A stretch of DNA of 63,383 nucleotides, filler included, from Octopus bimaculoides (GCF_001194135.2; 5 parts of 5 records of this genome joined end to end with filler, not necessarily neighbours in it); one strand, 5' to 3'; positions 39,721 through 52,750 are shown, numbered from the whole stretch's first letter. Notes: a model not told the origin generated them from the sequence alone. A program made the numbers and translations.

Positions 39721-40380
39721 TCAGATGAACATTTGTGTTTGAAGTTCTGTCATTGGTTGTTTCTGTATTACCGTGATTTCGTGCTGGTATTGATAATGTT
39801 GCTGTGTTTGATTTTGTTGTTCTTCTTTTTGTTGGAGAGGTTGTGAATTGTGTTGCAGTTGTTGCTTCAGAATATGCTTTTGTTGATCTCTTGGAGTAGA
39901 GCTATGTACTCTACTCTTCTTTCGCCTACAAACTTTTGTCACTGTGATCCATAGATCGTTCAGCTCTTCTTTCTCCATGGCATTGCAGCTGACGTTGGTT
40001 TGGGAGGTAGGGCATTCAAGAGAAACTTGATTTTCTGTGGCAACTGGAGGTAGAATCCTTCTTTGTCTTGGTTTGGGAGTGGGTGCGCGTGTGGGTGTGG
40101 ATTTAGGTGTAGGAGTGTTGAGCATTTGTTCATGATTTTGCATTTGTGGTGTTTGTTGTGTTGGCAGCAGTGGGAGCTTATTTTTTCTTGTTCCAGGGCA
40201 GAAAGCCTTTAAGTGAGTTACAGAGCCATTTATATGGAATCTTGACTTTCTACCCTCCACTAACACCGACAGGTAAGTACCATCCGAGAGTGTTGTTTTT
40301 GCCCTGAATGCTGTCAAGACGTGCTTTCGCAGCGGCTTTTGAACTGAAGAACGTCGAAGGCGCGTCTGTAAGGTAGGCAT
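39721..40380 (-). mobile_element. Second ORF1/gag-like ORF (219 aa) with degenerate knuckle and P/T/Q-rich tail
   Basis: LSVLVEGRKSRFHINGSVTHLKAFCP keeps knuckle spacing (F-x2-N-x4-H-x4-C) and aligns to FLVILKGCSPKCHLCLEPGHIKKNCP. Confidence 0.55.
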
Positions 40381-40530
40381 CTGTTTTGGGGATGATTTAG
40401 TGGGGTTTTGTTGTTTGATATTGTTTTTCTGTTTGCAAATAAGAAATCCTCACCGGGTCCCGGACATTAGTCTGCCTGCAGTTGCGCTAAGTGACTCACT
40501 TAGCTGTGAGAATTGTTGGGTTTTTTTTTT

Positions 40531-40630
40531 NNNNNNNNNNNNNNNNNNNNNNNNNNNNNNNNNNNNNNNNNNNNTTAATTAATTAANNNNNNNNNNNNNN
40601 NNNNNNNNNNNNNNNNNNNNNNNNNNNNNN
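40531..40630. other. Artificial scaffold-joining linker
   Basis: N44-TTAATTAATTAA-N44. Confidence 0.95.
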
Positions 40631-40642
40631 CATAAACACACG

Positions 40643-40693
<51 letters not shown>

Positions 40694-41539
40694 GAGAGAG
40701 AGAGAGAGAGAGAGTGAGAGAGCAATTAGACAAATGATAAAGCTTATGTTTTCCATAACTTTGTTCACTTTGTAAACGTTTCAAAGATTTAAATGAACCG
40801 TTTCCTTCTCATACAATGGTTTGAAAGTATAACCAATCAATCAATCAATTCCTCAATTAATTAATAGAATAGTTAACCCTCAAAAATTTTCCTCAGTCAT
40901 TTAGTCATTCAGGGTTTCCAACAAAAATACCTGTAAAAATGCAGTTGTTGATAAGAGACATATTAAATTCAAATTCCCTTCTTTGTTTTACTATATACTT
41001 GCCTAATTTACGGTTCTATGAAGCCCAGATATCACCAAATTTTAGAACTTGCTAGTATCTAAGAACTTAGATTATGGAAATCACATCTACTTAATATATA
41101 TCTGTGGAAAGACTTTATTTTAAAGTATCTAAAAGGTTAAGAAACTACGAAATTCAACTGGGAACGTAATAGATGTATGTAAAATATAAAGTTAATTGTT
41201 CACAACTGTAGTCCATTTCAGAAGTATTGGATTTACTTGATTTAAAGTGTATTCAATTAAATAAAATTAAATAAGATTAAACTGAAGTGAATTATATGCA
41301 TTAGTTAAGGATTATACTAACGATTAGCATTTACTTAGGAAAAGAGTACTTGGTATATTGCATAATAGATAATTTAAGAAGGAACAGAGAAAATCCATAA
41401 CAAAATATGTATTAATCTTATTTATACAAATACCAAGATAAGTTAATTGTGTAGGATTTTTAAGTGGAAACGATAAGAACATTTTGTTAAATAAGCGAGA
41501 ATAACGGATTAATATCTCTTAATGTTCAGTAAGAAATGG

Positions 41540-41650
<111 letters not shown>

Positions 41651-41899
41651 ATATCACATTAGATACACAACCGAAACAGCTACTAATAGTTTCATGCTAC
41701 TATGTTACTTCAACTGGTATATTTACACGTCATGTATCTTAAAGCAATTTTTCAGGCTCTGTTTATACGTTACATATAATTCTTAAAAACAAAAACGCTG
41801 GTCAGTAAGATGATAAGGAAAAACATGCAAAAAACATCAAAAGAATTGGTGCAAAAAGTGGAAGAAGAAAAAGGAACCGAAATCATGAAATGGCAGAAA

Positions 41900-42295
41900 T
41901 GAGTTGTACCTGCAATTCAAAGTGCCAGCCTTGTTGCATTCTGTGTCCCGCTGAATCTGCCTGTGATCTACGTTAAGGGTGCATGTGCCTGTGGAGTGCT
42001 TAACCACATGTACGTTAATTTCCTGAGCAGGTTGTTTCGTTGATCTGATCAATAGGAACCCTCGTCATTGTAAACGACGGAGCACCGGTTTTAGATATTG
42101 GTAGAGGTTGAATTGTCTCAACAGGGAAACAAATTTCATATGCTGTGCACGAGACTAACTACCCTAAGAATTAGGTTAAAGGACTGCGTGTCTGTGGAGT
42201 CCTCGGTCACTTGCATGTTAATTTTATGAGCAGGCCGTGCCGTTGATCGAACTAACTAGAACACTTGTAGTAACCGACGGAGAACCATGCCATCA
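41900..42295 (+). mobile_element. Two degenerate 3' fragments of SINE family D
   Basis: CCAGCCTTGTTGCATTCTGTGTC...TACGTTAAGGGTGCATGTG...GGAGTGC; second fragment at about 42165-42290; both match the minus strand of 60375-60550. Confidence 0.65.
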
Positions 42296-43245
42296 ATTTA
42301 TTTTGCAGTAATTTCTTTTAGTTTTGGGCAGAACGAGTATAAACATTTACCTTTACAGGATTCAAGTCTATTGCAACTCTCCATATGAAATTTCCACAGC
42401 TTCTTATTCCTAGACTCCACAAATGAAGTATATCATATAGAATTAAGTGTCATTACCAGAAATACTATGAAATTCCTGCACTGCATTTGAACTCACACAT
42501 AAATTGGTAGTTTAATATCTTAACCCATCATCAATTTCATATAGGAATTATATCGAAGACCAACTAAATTTGAACTTGGAGTAACTGTTTATATTTATTA
42601 AGATCTTATATTAACCGACCCGACCATCCACCCCATGCTCGCCTTCTTAACACTCCCATACGTAAATGCTATTCAGTCGACATTCAGTTCTGAGTACTTT
42701 TGGGAACAGTTATAATGAAATAAACCCAAAATTCCCATTAGATCTAATTAATTAATTGAACATTTGCTTCAGCGGAGAACGAATACGTTGCAGTAATCAG
42801 AGATGGAGTTTAACTACTGTCATAAATATAAGATAGTGTAAGGGAAGTGATTAGAATACAGGTCCGTCCAAACCATATCATCTAAAATAGGCGCCTTTAT
42901 GATAGCAAAAACATCATACGAAAATGAATGTGTAAATATACAAATAAAATAATACGATAAATATAAATTTGAAATGTTCGGACATACAAAACAAAAATCT
43001 ATAAGCGATGACAAAAGATGATTATAAGCTCATTATCATTGTCAAAATCTTTCATAGAATGAAATGAAATGTAGAAAAAGTATGTTATAAAATACAAATA
43101 AAGAAAGGATGTATAGATTATATTTCTACTGTCTCATCCATAACCTTTTAGCTATCTGGATATCTTTACACCGTTAGATCTCAGCCTGATAATAATGTTT
43201 GCAATTTTAATGTGAAAACTTACAATAAGATATATATTTACTTTA

Positions 43246-43247
<2 letters not shown>

Positions 43248-43298
<51 letters not shown>
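43248..43298. repeat. (CT)n microsatellite
   Basis: Direct sequence. Confidence 0.95.
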
Positions 43299-43299
<1 letters not shown>

Positions 43300-43335
43300 A
43301 ATATATATATATATATATAGTACACATATATATGT

Positions 43336-43396
<61 letters not shown>

Positions 43397-44254
43397 CACT
43401 TATATAGATATGTTTATATGAGTATATATGTGTATATACGTATATATGAATAGATGTATGTGTGTATATATTTATGTATAAATGTATGTTTGCATATACA
43501 AAGATTTTCCCATTAACAAATTAAAACCACAAATGTACTGCTGCATCGGACATTTTGAAATGGATTCCAGTTGTTCTTTTGTTATCTTGTTTTTCTTTTT
43601 TTCGAATTAATAGTCCACCTAGTCACTAGAATAAAAGTATTGAAAATTAAAGATGTCCATCCAAGGGCACAGTCTTATGCAGTACCACAAGGTCCAGACT
43701 ATGGGGTCTCTACCACTACATTCTGAATCACCTATCAGAAGTCAGACACATGAATCTACAACGCAACAAAACATTTAAAAGATAGCCTAGAAACATTAAA
43801 CTTTCATCTCTGTCATTTTGTTTTTGCTCTGTTCGGGAAGGGGCTGTGCCCATAACAGTCCGCTGGCCATCTCTGATATATCGTATTGATGCTAGTAATG
43901 TTCCTATTGACCAATTGCCAAATCATGTTGGGAGGTCAAGCACGAACAGATTACAATTTCAAAAAGTCAGTGTTCTGGGAAGAACTGGAGGTAGTTAGTA
44001 GTTGCTGAGACTAAGACAGCTCCGAGGAGGTTATGCGATACGATTGTGCATGCATGCATACATACAAACATACATAAAACAACACAGACAAATCTGCACA
44101 TATACAAATATACACACAAAAATACCCTGTCGTTAATGATGAAATTCCAATGAGGGAGCCTTGGGTCTAGGTTAGATTCTCAATTGGCAAGAAGTCTTGA
44201 AATAAAACAGAACAATGGCATACATAGATACATTCAAACAAACATACGTACATA

Positions 44255-45480
44255 CATACATACCAAAACCTGTGCATCAACGGTCTCTATCTCCCCCATT
44301 CCACACAAAGAAATTTACAAGAACCTAGGCATAGACGAAAATGTATCATATGAAGGCACTGTGAATGAAGATAGAGTAACCCGAGAATATTACACCAGAC
44401 TTAGGAAAATATGGCAGTTGGAACTCTCTTCTTACAACAAAACAATATCCCACAATGCATTTGCAGTACCAGTACTGATCCCAACATTTGAGATACTTGA
44501 TTGATCTGTAGAGGAAATGTGTTCCAGAGATATCAAAATCCGTAAAATCCTGAGAACAACTAGGAACTTCATCAGAAATAGTAATATTGACAGGCTCTTC
44601 CTTAGAAGGAATGAAGCTGGTAGAGTCCTGAGATCAATACAGACGGTTTTCGAATACCGTATGGTATCACTCAGGCAGCACCTACTAAACAACAGCAGCA
44701 AAAAATAAACATATAAATGCAATGCTGAAAAATGAAGTGAGCAGCGTTGTAGGAGTTGGCAGTGAACTCCTCAAGAAACTCTCTCTTCCGGATGACCTCC
44801 TATACAGCCCCAAAACAGCTGGCTCTCTTACCTCAGAGAAGACTTGGATAGAAAGCACTCAGCATACAAACAAAAAAAGACTATGCATGGGTATGTTGCC
44901 GGAAGTTTGAAGAAGGCAGTAGAATTGACACGAAGCGCAGCCTCTCTCGGACACAAGACCACTACATCACATCACACTTTGAAGGCTATGCGTTTGCAAT
45001 CCAGGAACAGGAGATTGCCACAAAGTATCTGGTGAACAAGAGAAACAGTGACGCTCTTGTAATCCCAAGGTGCAACCGCATGTGTAGGCTATGTCATGCT
45101 TCTGTGAAAGGCATCACGCATGTGATTAGCAGCTGTCCTAAAATGTCGTCGCGGTACTACCTCCCTATTGGGCACGATATCGTTGCTAAAACAATTTACA
45201 ATGCCATCCGCAAAAATAATTGTCCTGAAATAAACTTAGAAAATCCCTATGTTATGGAATACATTCATAAACACCAATCAAGGAATACTGGTGGAATATT
45301 CCCATCAAAACTTCTGTCAAATGTAAGCATAACAGCAAGATATTGTTGTTTGGGATAGAGGGGCAAAGGTGTGTACCATCATAGAGGTCAGCTGCCCTGC
45401 AGATATAAATATCTCTTGGAAAATCAAAAAAAGAAAAAAAAGAGGATATCTATGGACAACTGTTCGAAACCTATAGATTC
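44255..45480 (+). mobile_element. R4/Dong-clade retrotransposon, RT thumb to zinc finger and restriction-like endonuclease (degenerate)
   Basis: YKNLGIDE, EYYTRLRKIW, NAFAVPVL, IDRLFLRRNEAGR, CRLCHASVKGITHVISSC (CCHC), HDIVAK, IIEVSCP. Confidence 0.8.
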
Positions 45481-45760
45481 TGTCAGGCTGAGTAAAAAGT
45501 AAGCAACGTTTTGAAATGTGAAATTCATCACTATATATTTCAACAATGCGGAAATTCTATTCATCAGATCAGCACATTTTTACCAACCAATATATATATA
45601 TATTGATCTATGTATATATTAATATTATCACGCTTAAGAAATTCCAATAATGAAAATATGTTAATAGTTACCAGAGTAGTATAAATCAGAAAAACTGGGA
45701 TATCGTACCCGGTTAATAGGTAGAAATACCAAGTTAAAGTGATGTATTTTGAGTAGATAT

Positions 45761-45943
45761 GAAGAATAATAGTAAATGGAGCAAAACGCATATAATCAAT
45801 AAGTTCCTTTAATTCCTACATATGTTTCAAAATATATGTGCACTCTACTGCAAAGAAGTAAAGTGCACATATATATTTGAAACATATGTAGGAATTAAAG
45901 GAAATTATTGATTATATGCGTTTTGCTCCGTTTATTATTCTTC
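45761..45943. repeat. Approx. 84-bp imperfect inverted repeat with 17-nt loop
   Basis: GGAGCAAAACGCATATAATCAATAA...GTGCACT / AGTGCAC...TTATTGATTATATGCGTTTTGCTCC. Confidence 0.88.
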
Positions 45944-47235
45944 TGTATATACATATATATATATATATANNNNNNNNNNNNNNNNNNNNNNNNNNNNNNN
46001 NNNNNNNNNNNNNNNNNNNNNNNNNNNNNNNNNNNNNNNNNNNNNNNNNNNNNNNNNNNNNNNNNNNNNNNNNNNNNNNNNNNNNNNNNNNNNNNNNNNN
46101 NNNNNNNNNNNNNNNNNNNNNNNNNNNNNNNNNNNNNNNNNNNNNNNNNNNNNNNNNNNNNNNNNNNNNNNNNNNNNNNNNNNATATATATATATATATG
46201 TATGTATGTATATGTATATACATATATATATATATATGCGCGCGTGTGTGTGTATGTATGTATGTACGTATATTTGTATGTATGCATGGAAGTAGGTATT
46301 AATTTTTGTATGTATGTATATAGTCGAATGTCGACGCTTTGTTTTTACTTCACTATCTGCTCAAAACACAATCATCACAGTGTACATCTGCAAGTCACCT
46401 GAGAAGCATCCTTCAAGACACTGTAATTAACGCACCAGCAGAATATTGCCGCCTGGCATGGAGCTTGAAGGAATAAAAAAGGAAGCAACTTTCGCCATAA
46501 AATAATAAATATATTTTCTGCTGAACGCATTAAAAGAAAATCTTTTTTCTTCATGTCAACTTGGCCACATCACTGGTTACAAGCATTGAATACATATACT
46601 TATGTCCGTATTTGTGTGTGTCTGTGTGTATGCAAAGAGTGAAAGCAAGAAAGGAGAGGAGAGAGAGGGGCGTATACCTGCGTGTTTTTCAGTGTGTATA
46701 AGTAGATGACATCAATATCCATTGCAAGATCCGAAAAGTCAACGAGCTTCCAGACAGATATTATAATAGTGTGGCAGACAAATAACTATGTAGTCAGATA
46801 GACAGATATGTACACAAACATGCAGTGAAGCAGAGAGTGGGAAGTAATGGAATGTTTTCATAAACCTCCGCCATCGCACCTGGAATGCTTCGATCATCTT
46901 AGAAATAATTCACGAAGACATTCTACAAATTATATTAAATATTTAAGTGTATGCGTCTTTATGTGTCATAGTGTGTGTATGGGTATACAATATAACGTAC
47001 TCATACATACGCGTGAGCAAGCACAGACGTTTCTACACGCATCCAAGTGTGCGCATACACTTGGATATATACGAACGTACACACATGTATGCATGTGTAT
47101 ATATGCAGTTATATGTAATATTATATATGTACTTATATAATGCACGTATATATACATATATATATATACATATATATACATACAAATATATATATACATA
47201 TATATATATACATATATATATATATGTATACATAT

Positions 47236-47286
<51 letters not shown>

Positions 47287-47900
47287 NNNNNNNNNNNNNN
47301 NNNNNNNNNNNNNNNNNNNNNNNNNNNNNNNNNNNNNNNNNTATAGGCATACGAATATATCACATGTTTATATCTGTGAGTACATGTATATGCGGGAGTA
47401 CTTGTCAGTTAAGGTATATACATATCAACAGATAACTACATAGATATAAAATCGTAGGTATGTTGGGAGAGACGTGTGCATATATAGCATATGTGTATGT
47501 TAATGCAGTATTGTGCGGGTGTTTCTGTCTGGGGAGGGAAACTTGCATTTTGAAATATAATCAATATCGTACAACAAAAATGAAATATGGCAATTTAACT
47601 GACGTCAATATTAATGTATCTACTGTTTGTCTGACATCAACTTAAAAGACTAAAATGTTTCACAAGTGCTTTTACCAGTATGACAGTTGTCAACATCATG
47701 ACATAATTAACATTAAGCAAATCGTGACGGATTAAATTCATGAATTTTGATATAGCTGCGAAGTTTTCGTAATTAATTTTATTTCTCCTTTATATTACGT
47801 GATAACATATGTACTAATAAAGACTATTTTAGACGTATCTCTATATCTATCTCCCGATATATGAAAAGATATATATGCAAAGATATATATAAATATATAG

Positions 47901-47945
<45 letters not shown>

Positions 47946-47971
47946 NNNNNNNNNNTATGTGTGTGTGTATG

Positions 47972-48002
<31 letters not shown>

Positions 48003-48634
48003 GTGTGTGTGCGTATATATACATATGTGTGTGTGTATTTATATATATATATGTATATTTACATATTTATATATGTAAATACGTGTATATCAATGTGTTA
48101 GTGTATGGATTTGTGAGTATATATTTATTCTCTTCCAGATTATTATCGTTTGTTATTTTTATTTTAATTGGCTTCCAGGTTGGATGGAAAGTTTTGAAAG
48201 GAAGATAAAAATATGATATAAAATAATTAATTGTTTCTTGTTCTTTTGCGCAAATGTTTTACGTCTAAAACTAGTTTTGTATTTGTGATGGTGATCAACT
48301 ATAACAAATAAATTATGAAGTAAGGTTATTTTCATGAGAATCTAACTCTGCATTCATCTACTTGGGTTGCTAGATATTTTATTATTCCTATAAGAAGGCG
48401 CATAAAACTGAAACTGTATATTGTGTAGGGTTTCTTCTGTTCACTGACTTAATAAAAATTCTTGAGACATTGTTTTAAATTTTGTGGAGTGAGAATTCGT
48501 TTGAACTATCCCTCAATATTTGACTAGTATTTATTTTATTGATTCTTGAATATAAGAAAGGAAGATCGATCGTGATGGGATTTTCTTTTTATTATTAGCA
48601 CGCCAAAGAAAATGCCTCTTTAAATTATTCGCAG

Positions 48635-48790
48635 CCTTACATTCCGAGTTCCAATTCCGCCGGGGTCAACTTTGCCTTTCATTCTCTCGATGTCAAGAAA
48701 AAAGTACCAGTTAATCGCTGGGGTCGAAGTAATTGACTTACCCTCTTCCTATAAATCTACTGGCCATGTGCCAAACATTGAAGCCATTAT
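48635..48790 (+). mobile_element. SINE family C, degenerate
   Basis: GAGTTCCAATTCCGCCGGGGTCAACTTTGCCTTTCAT. Confidence 0.7.
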
Positions 48791-49104
48791 GACCTCTTGT
48801 AGAATCATTTAAGATGACCTAAAGAAACCATTGCGTTCTTAATATACCCTGCTAGTTCTTTACCTTCGCTTCTGTCTTTACGAATCAAAAACTTCTATAT
48901 CTCTCGCAAAATATTGTAACAAGCCATATAAAATTTAATGCTGAGGTAAACGATTAGCAATCTGAGATTGGTAATACACTGTAGTTTGTTTCTGTTTTGT
49001 ATTTTATCGCTTCATTTTTTTTTTTTTTGTATTGCTTTATCACGTGTAGTAGTCGTCCACTTTTTGTTTCTAAATATTTTTCTAGTTCAGTTATTGCTAC
49101 TTTA

Positions 49105-49972
49105 TAGTAGTTCACTATCTGTGTCAGATCACGACCTCTATCTGAACGGAGTAGATATATTTTCTGTCTGTGTCTGCTTTGGGGTGGTGACTTTGGTATG
49201 CTGTTGATACTTGCCTGGTTTTTCGATATAAGTTTCTCAATTCACTAATCTTCCAGTTTATTATATTGAAGCTGTAATTTGTGATTGGAATGGCTAGAGT
49301 GTGTATCCTTATTATCTCATTTTTAACACTGAGGTCAGTGTTCAATATTATTCTAATTCTTCTGTGATATTCTCTTTTAATTTTCTCTTTCATTTCTGTG
49401 TGTTGTATTTTAGCTATTTCATCTAGTCCTAGATATTTGTATGGTCGATTGTGGTCTAATTCACTGATTTCTGTGTGTTTGTCGAGTGTAGTGTTTTCAG
49501 TGCTGATTAATTTCCATCTTCTCAATGTCACTTTGGCACATTTGTCCACTCCCATGTTCATTATGATGTTCTTGCTGTAACTATGGACAATCTTTACAAG
49601 GTATTTCTATTTAGTTGTATTTTTAGTAAAACTTTTTAAGTCATCCATATATAGGAGATGATTTATAGTGTGTCCATAGCATCCGTAACCCATAGTGGTT
49701 TCTTTGAACAAGCTTTTCCGATTTTGAAAAGGAGCGGGGACAACGAATCTCCTTGGAAAATTCGTCTTCTTACAGGTATAGGGCAAGTTCTAATGGTTTG
49801 TAACTCATTTTTCAGTGTTATGCTGGTTTTCCAATTCGTGATTGCATGGATAGTATATTTTACTAGTATTGGAGTTGTTTTATTTTTGAGGAGAGACTCC
49901 AGTCTCAATGAGGGTGGAACGCTGTCGGATGTCCTCTGGTAGTCAACACAGGTAATGCTGACTTTTGTTTTC
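49105..49972 (-). mobile_element. R4/Dong-clade retrotransposon, RT core (degenerate)
   Basis: IFQGDSLSPLLF, HLLYMDDLK, MGVDKCAK, YKYLG, EYHRRIR, HHPKADTDR. Confidence 0.85.

Positions 49973-49974
<2 letters not shown>

Positions 49975-50034
<60 letters not shown>
49975..50034. repeat. (ATT)n microsatellite
   Basis: Direct sequence. Confidence 0.95.
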
Positions 50035-50035
<1 letters not shown>

Positions 50036-50279
50036 GGTTCAGTAGTTTTATTTTTATAACGTGCTTTCACTTCACTACCGAGCGCAGCTCTGTGCGCCTT
50101 GGGTATGTGCTGTGGTTTGCTGTGGTGCTCTTATGTTTACTGTATTGAAATTGTTTTGCGTAGAATGTGTGCAGTACCCAGTAGTGCAATTTTCTGTATG
50201 TTATATATATTTGTAAGTCCTGGTGTTTTTGTTATGTATTTGTCTGAATATTTTTTTATTATACCTAATGCACCTACTA
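50035..50279 (-). mobile_element. R4/Dong-clade retrotransposon 3' end with 3' UTR running into (TAA)n
   Basis: VGALGIIKK...IQKIALLGTAHILRKTISIQ* followed by about 100 nt of UTR and (TAA)n. Confidence 0.85.
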
Positions 50280-50379
50280 NNNNNNNNNNNNNNNNNNNNN
50301 NNNNNNNNNNNNNNNNNNNNNNNTTAATTAATTAANNNNNNNNNNNNNNNNNNNNNNNNNNNNNNNNNNNNNNNNNNNN
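50280..50379. other. Artificial scaffold-joining linker
   Basis: N44-TTAATTAATTAA-N44. Confidence 0.95.
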
Positions 50380-50629
50380 GGGGGGGGGGGTAATGTAGAG
50401 GTGGTGATGTAAAGGGGTTGATGTAGAAAGAATGATGTAGAGAGTCTTAATTAACAAGATGTAATTAAGAGAAATTAGTTTAGTGAGATAGTAGGAGTGA
50501 TGCAGAGGAGTTATACCAAGTTGAACAACAATAGCCACTCATCAATACAAACTGACTTTATCTATCTTGAATCACCTCTCACCCTCCACAACATCAAAAT
50601 GCCCAAATCTGAAAATAAGTGTCACTTAC

Positions 50630-50678
50630 AATATTTTCCTTTGGTACATATTCCCAGCGGACAACATCAGAAGCTTTA
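50630..50678 (-). CDS. USH1C: Harmonin exon, post-PDZ1 (49 nt)
   Basis: ttttgacAG acceptor, GTAAGT donor; phase 2 to 0; (I)KASDVVRWEYVPKENI resembles vertebrate SPDEPLTWQYVD. Confidence 0.8.
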
Positions 50679-51324
50679 CTGTCAAAAGAAATTGATATAT
50701 TTTACAAGAACACATACTTTATATTTAGACATACATACATATATACTGTTGTGGAAGGATTCTGACCACCCCCATGTGACCAAAAGTGGACTGATGTATT
50801 TCAATGAAATAAAGAAACTGTGTGAACTGTTGGCAGTTGACAGCATTGATAGTTTGGGTTGGATTACTGTGCTAGTTTAATATTGTTTGGTGTAGTATGG
50901 AAGATGTTCTGTGTGAACATATTAATTCTGTGAAAGGTTATTCTAGATAACCATATCCAAATGCTATTCCACTACTTTGTGCACATCCCATTACTGGCGA
51001 TGAGATATTCAAACCCCACAAAGACATAACACATACATACATGAATAAATAAATAAATAAGTGGAACAGTAAGACTATGCAAGACTTTTCTCAGGTTTAA
51101 AATATGACTTTGTTTTTATTATCTGCATATCAAAGATGAAGCTTTGTACCTTTGATAGAAACCAGCTTCTTCAGAGAAAGAATTTAAATGATTAAATACA
51201 GAATTGACATACGTACATACATACATTCATTCATTCATCCATCCATCCATCCATACATACATACATACATGCATACATATGTCCCAGGGCCACATTAAAT
51301 CACACAGCACACACTATAAAGTCG

Positions 51325-51455
51325 TTAGTGTTATGAATGGCATCCAGCCAAATTAGATTGGAATCTGGTGCAGCTCTCCTGCTTGCGAGCTCCTGTCAAA
51401 CCATCCAACCCATGCCAGCATGGAAAACAAATGTTAAAGGATGAGGATAATGATG
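51325..51455 (+). mobile_element. Family A repeat
   Basis: GGCATCCAGC...CCAACCCATGCCAGCATGGAAAA. Confidence 0.7.
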
Positions 51456-51484
51456 GTATATACATACACACATGTATATATATA

Positions 51485-51531
<47 letters not shown>

Positions 51532-51587
51532 NNNNNNNNNNNNNNNNNNNNNNNNNNNNNNNNNNNNNNNNNNNNNNNNNNNNNNNN

Positions 51588-51640
<53 letters not shown>

Positions 51641-51890
51641 TGTCACATGGCATTCATCAGTCCAAAACCCAAGACACAAGACAATGAACCCAAAACTGTG
51701 TCTTTAGGATTAATTAAGAATTAATTAGATGTGATATGTAAACACCAAGACTTGAAATGTGAAGACAATGAAACAAAAATAAACAACAATCATGATGTAG
51801 AAAACATTGATAAAAACACCAACAATGACAGAACCACCAACAACAACAACAATGATGACAACAACAACAAAAGTAGAATAGTTTACTTAC

Positions 51891-51915
51891 ATCCGGAATG
51901 GAATCATACCAATAC
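51891..51915 (-). CDS. USH1C: Harmonin 25-nt microexon
   Basis: tcacaacAG|GTATTGGTATGATTCCATTCCGGAT|GTAAGT; phase 1 to 2; (R)IGMIPFR resembles vertebrate (H)IGLIPVK. Confidence 0.85.
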
Positions 51916-51949
51916 CTGTTGTGATGAAAGAAAAGAATTTGTTTATATA

Positions 51950-52169
51950 GGCTTCAAATTTTGGCACAGGGCCAGCAATTGGGGGGTGGGTGGAGGGATA
52001 AGTCGATTATATTGACCCCAGTACTCAACTGGTAATTATTTTATTAACCCCACCAAAAAAAAAAAAAATGAAAGTGGCTTTGGTGGAAATTGAACTCAGA
52101 ATGTAAAGACGGAGGAAATGCTGGTAGGCATTTTGCCTGGTGTGCTAATGATTCTGCCAGCTTGCTGCC
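51950..52169 (-). mobile_element. SINE family C
   Basis: Reverse complement of the family C consensus. Confidence 0.75.
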
Positions 52170-52366
52170 TCAACCCTTTAGCATTCAGATTTTTTGGTTT
52201 TGAATTAACCATGTATTATCTCAGCTTTGAGATTTCAATGATGTGACTGTTTATTTTTAGAATGACAGTGCAGGGTCAGTGTAAGAGGTTGAATGTTGCC
52301 AGTTTTGAACATAAACAGCTGGAATATTGTGGTTGGATATGGCTAGATTAAACCCTAAGGGGTTAA
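52170..52366. mobile_element. piggyBac-like MITE (second family)
   Basis: TCAACCCTTTAG...CTAAGGGG-TTAA ends. Confidence 0.5.
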
Positions 52367-52384
52367 AGAATTCATTAATATTAG

Positions 52385-52598
52385 TTTCAGATTTTGGCAC
52401 AGGGTCAGCAAGTTTGGGGAAGGGGTAAGTTGATTACATCAACCTTGGTGCTTAACTGGTATTTATTTTATCAATCCTGAAAGAATGAAAGGCAAAGTCA
52501 ACCATGGCAGAATTTGAACTCAGAATGTAAAGGCAGACAAAATGTCATTAAGCATTTTGCCTGGCATGCTAATGATTCTGCCATCTTTGCCACCTTAA
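52385..52598 (-). mobile_element. SINE family C
   Basis: Reverse complement of the family C consensus. Confidence 0.75.
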
Positions 52599-52631
52599 AG
52601 AATTTGTTAAATTTTTTTTTATTAACTGTGG

Positions 52632-52750
52632 TATTACTAGCTGTGGTAATACACGTGATATTACTAGCTGTGGTAATACACGTGATATTACTAGCTGTGG
52701 TAATACTGGTTGTGGTAATACAAATTGGGAGAATACTGACTGTGGTAATA
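52632..52750. repeat. 27-bp tandem repeat (TATTACTAGCTGTGGTAATACACGTGA) with degenerate extensions
   Basis: Units start at 52632, 52659 and 52686. Confidence 0.85.

Noticed and set aside
50596-50629. 21-nt GTAAGT...TTTCAG mini-intron, or read-through giving a short harmonin isoform ending VSDTYFQIWAF*
   Set aside because: Too short for a spliceosomal intron, and both routes hit a stop within a few codons; no evidence without transcripts.
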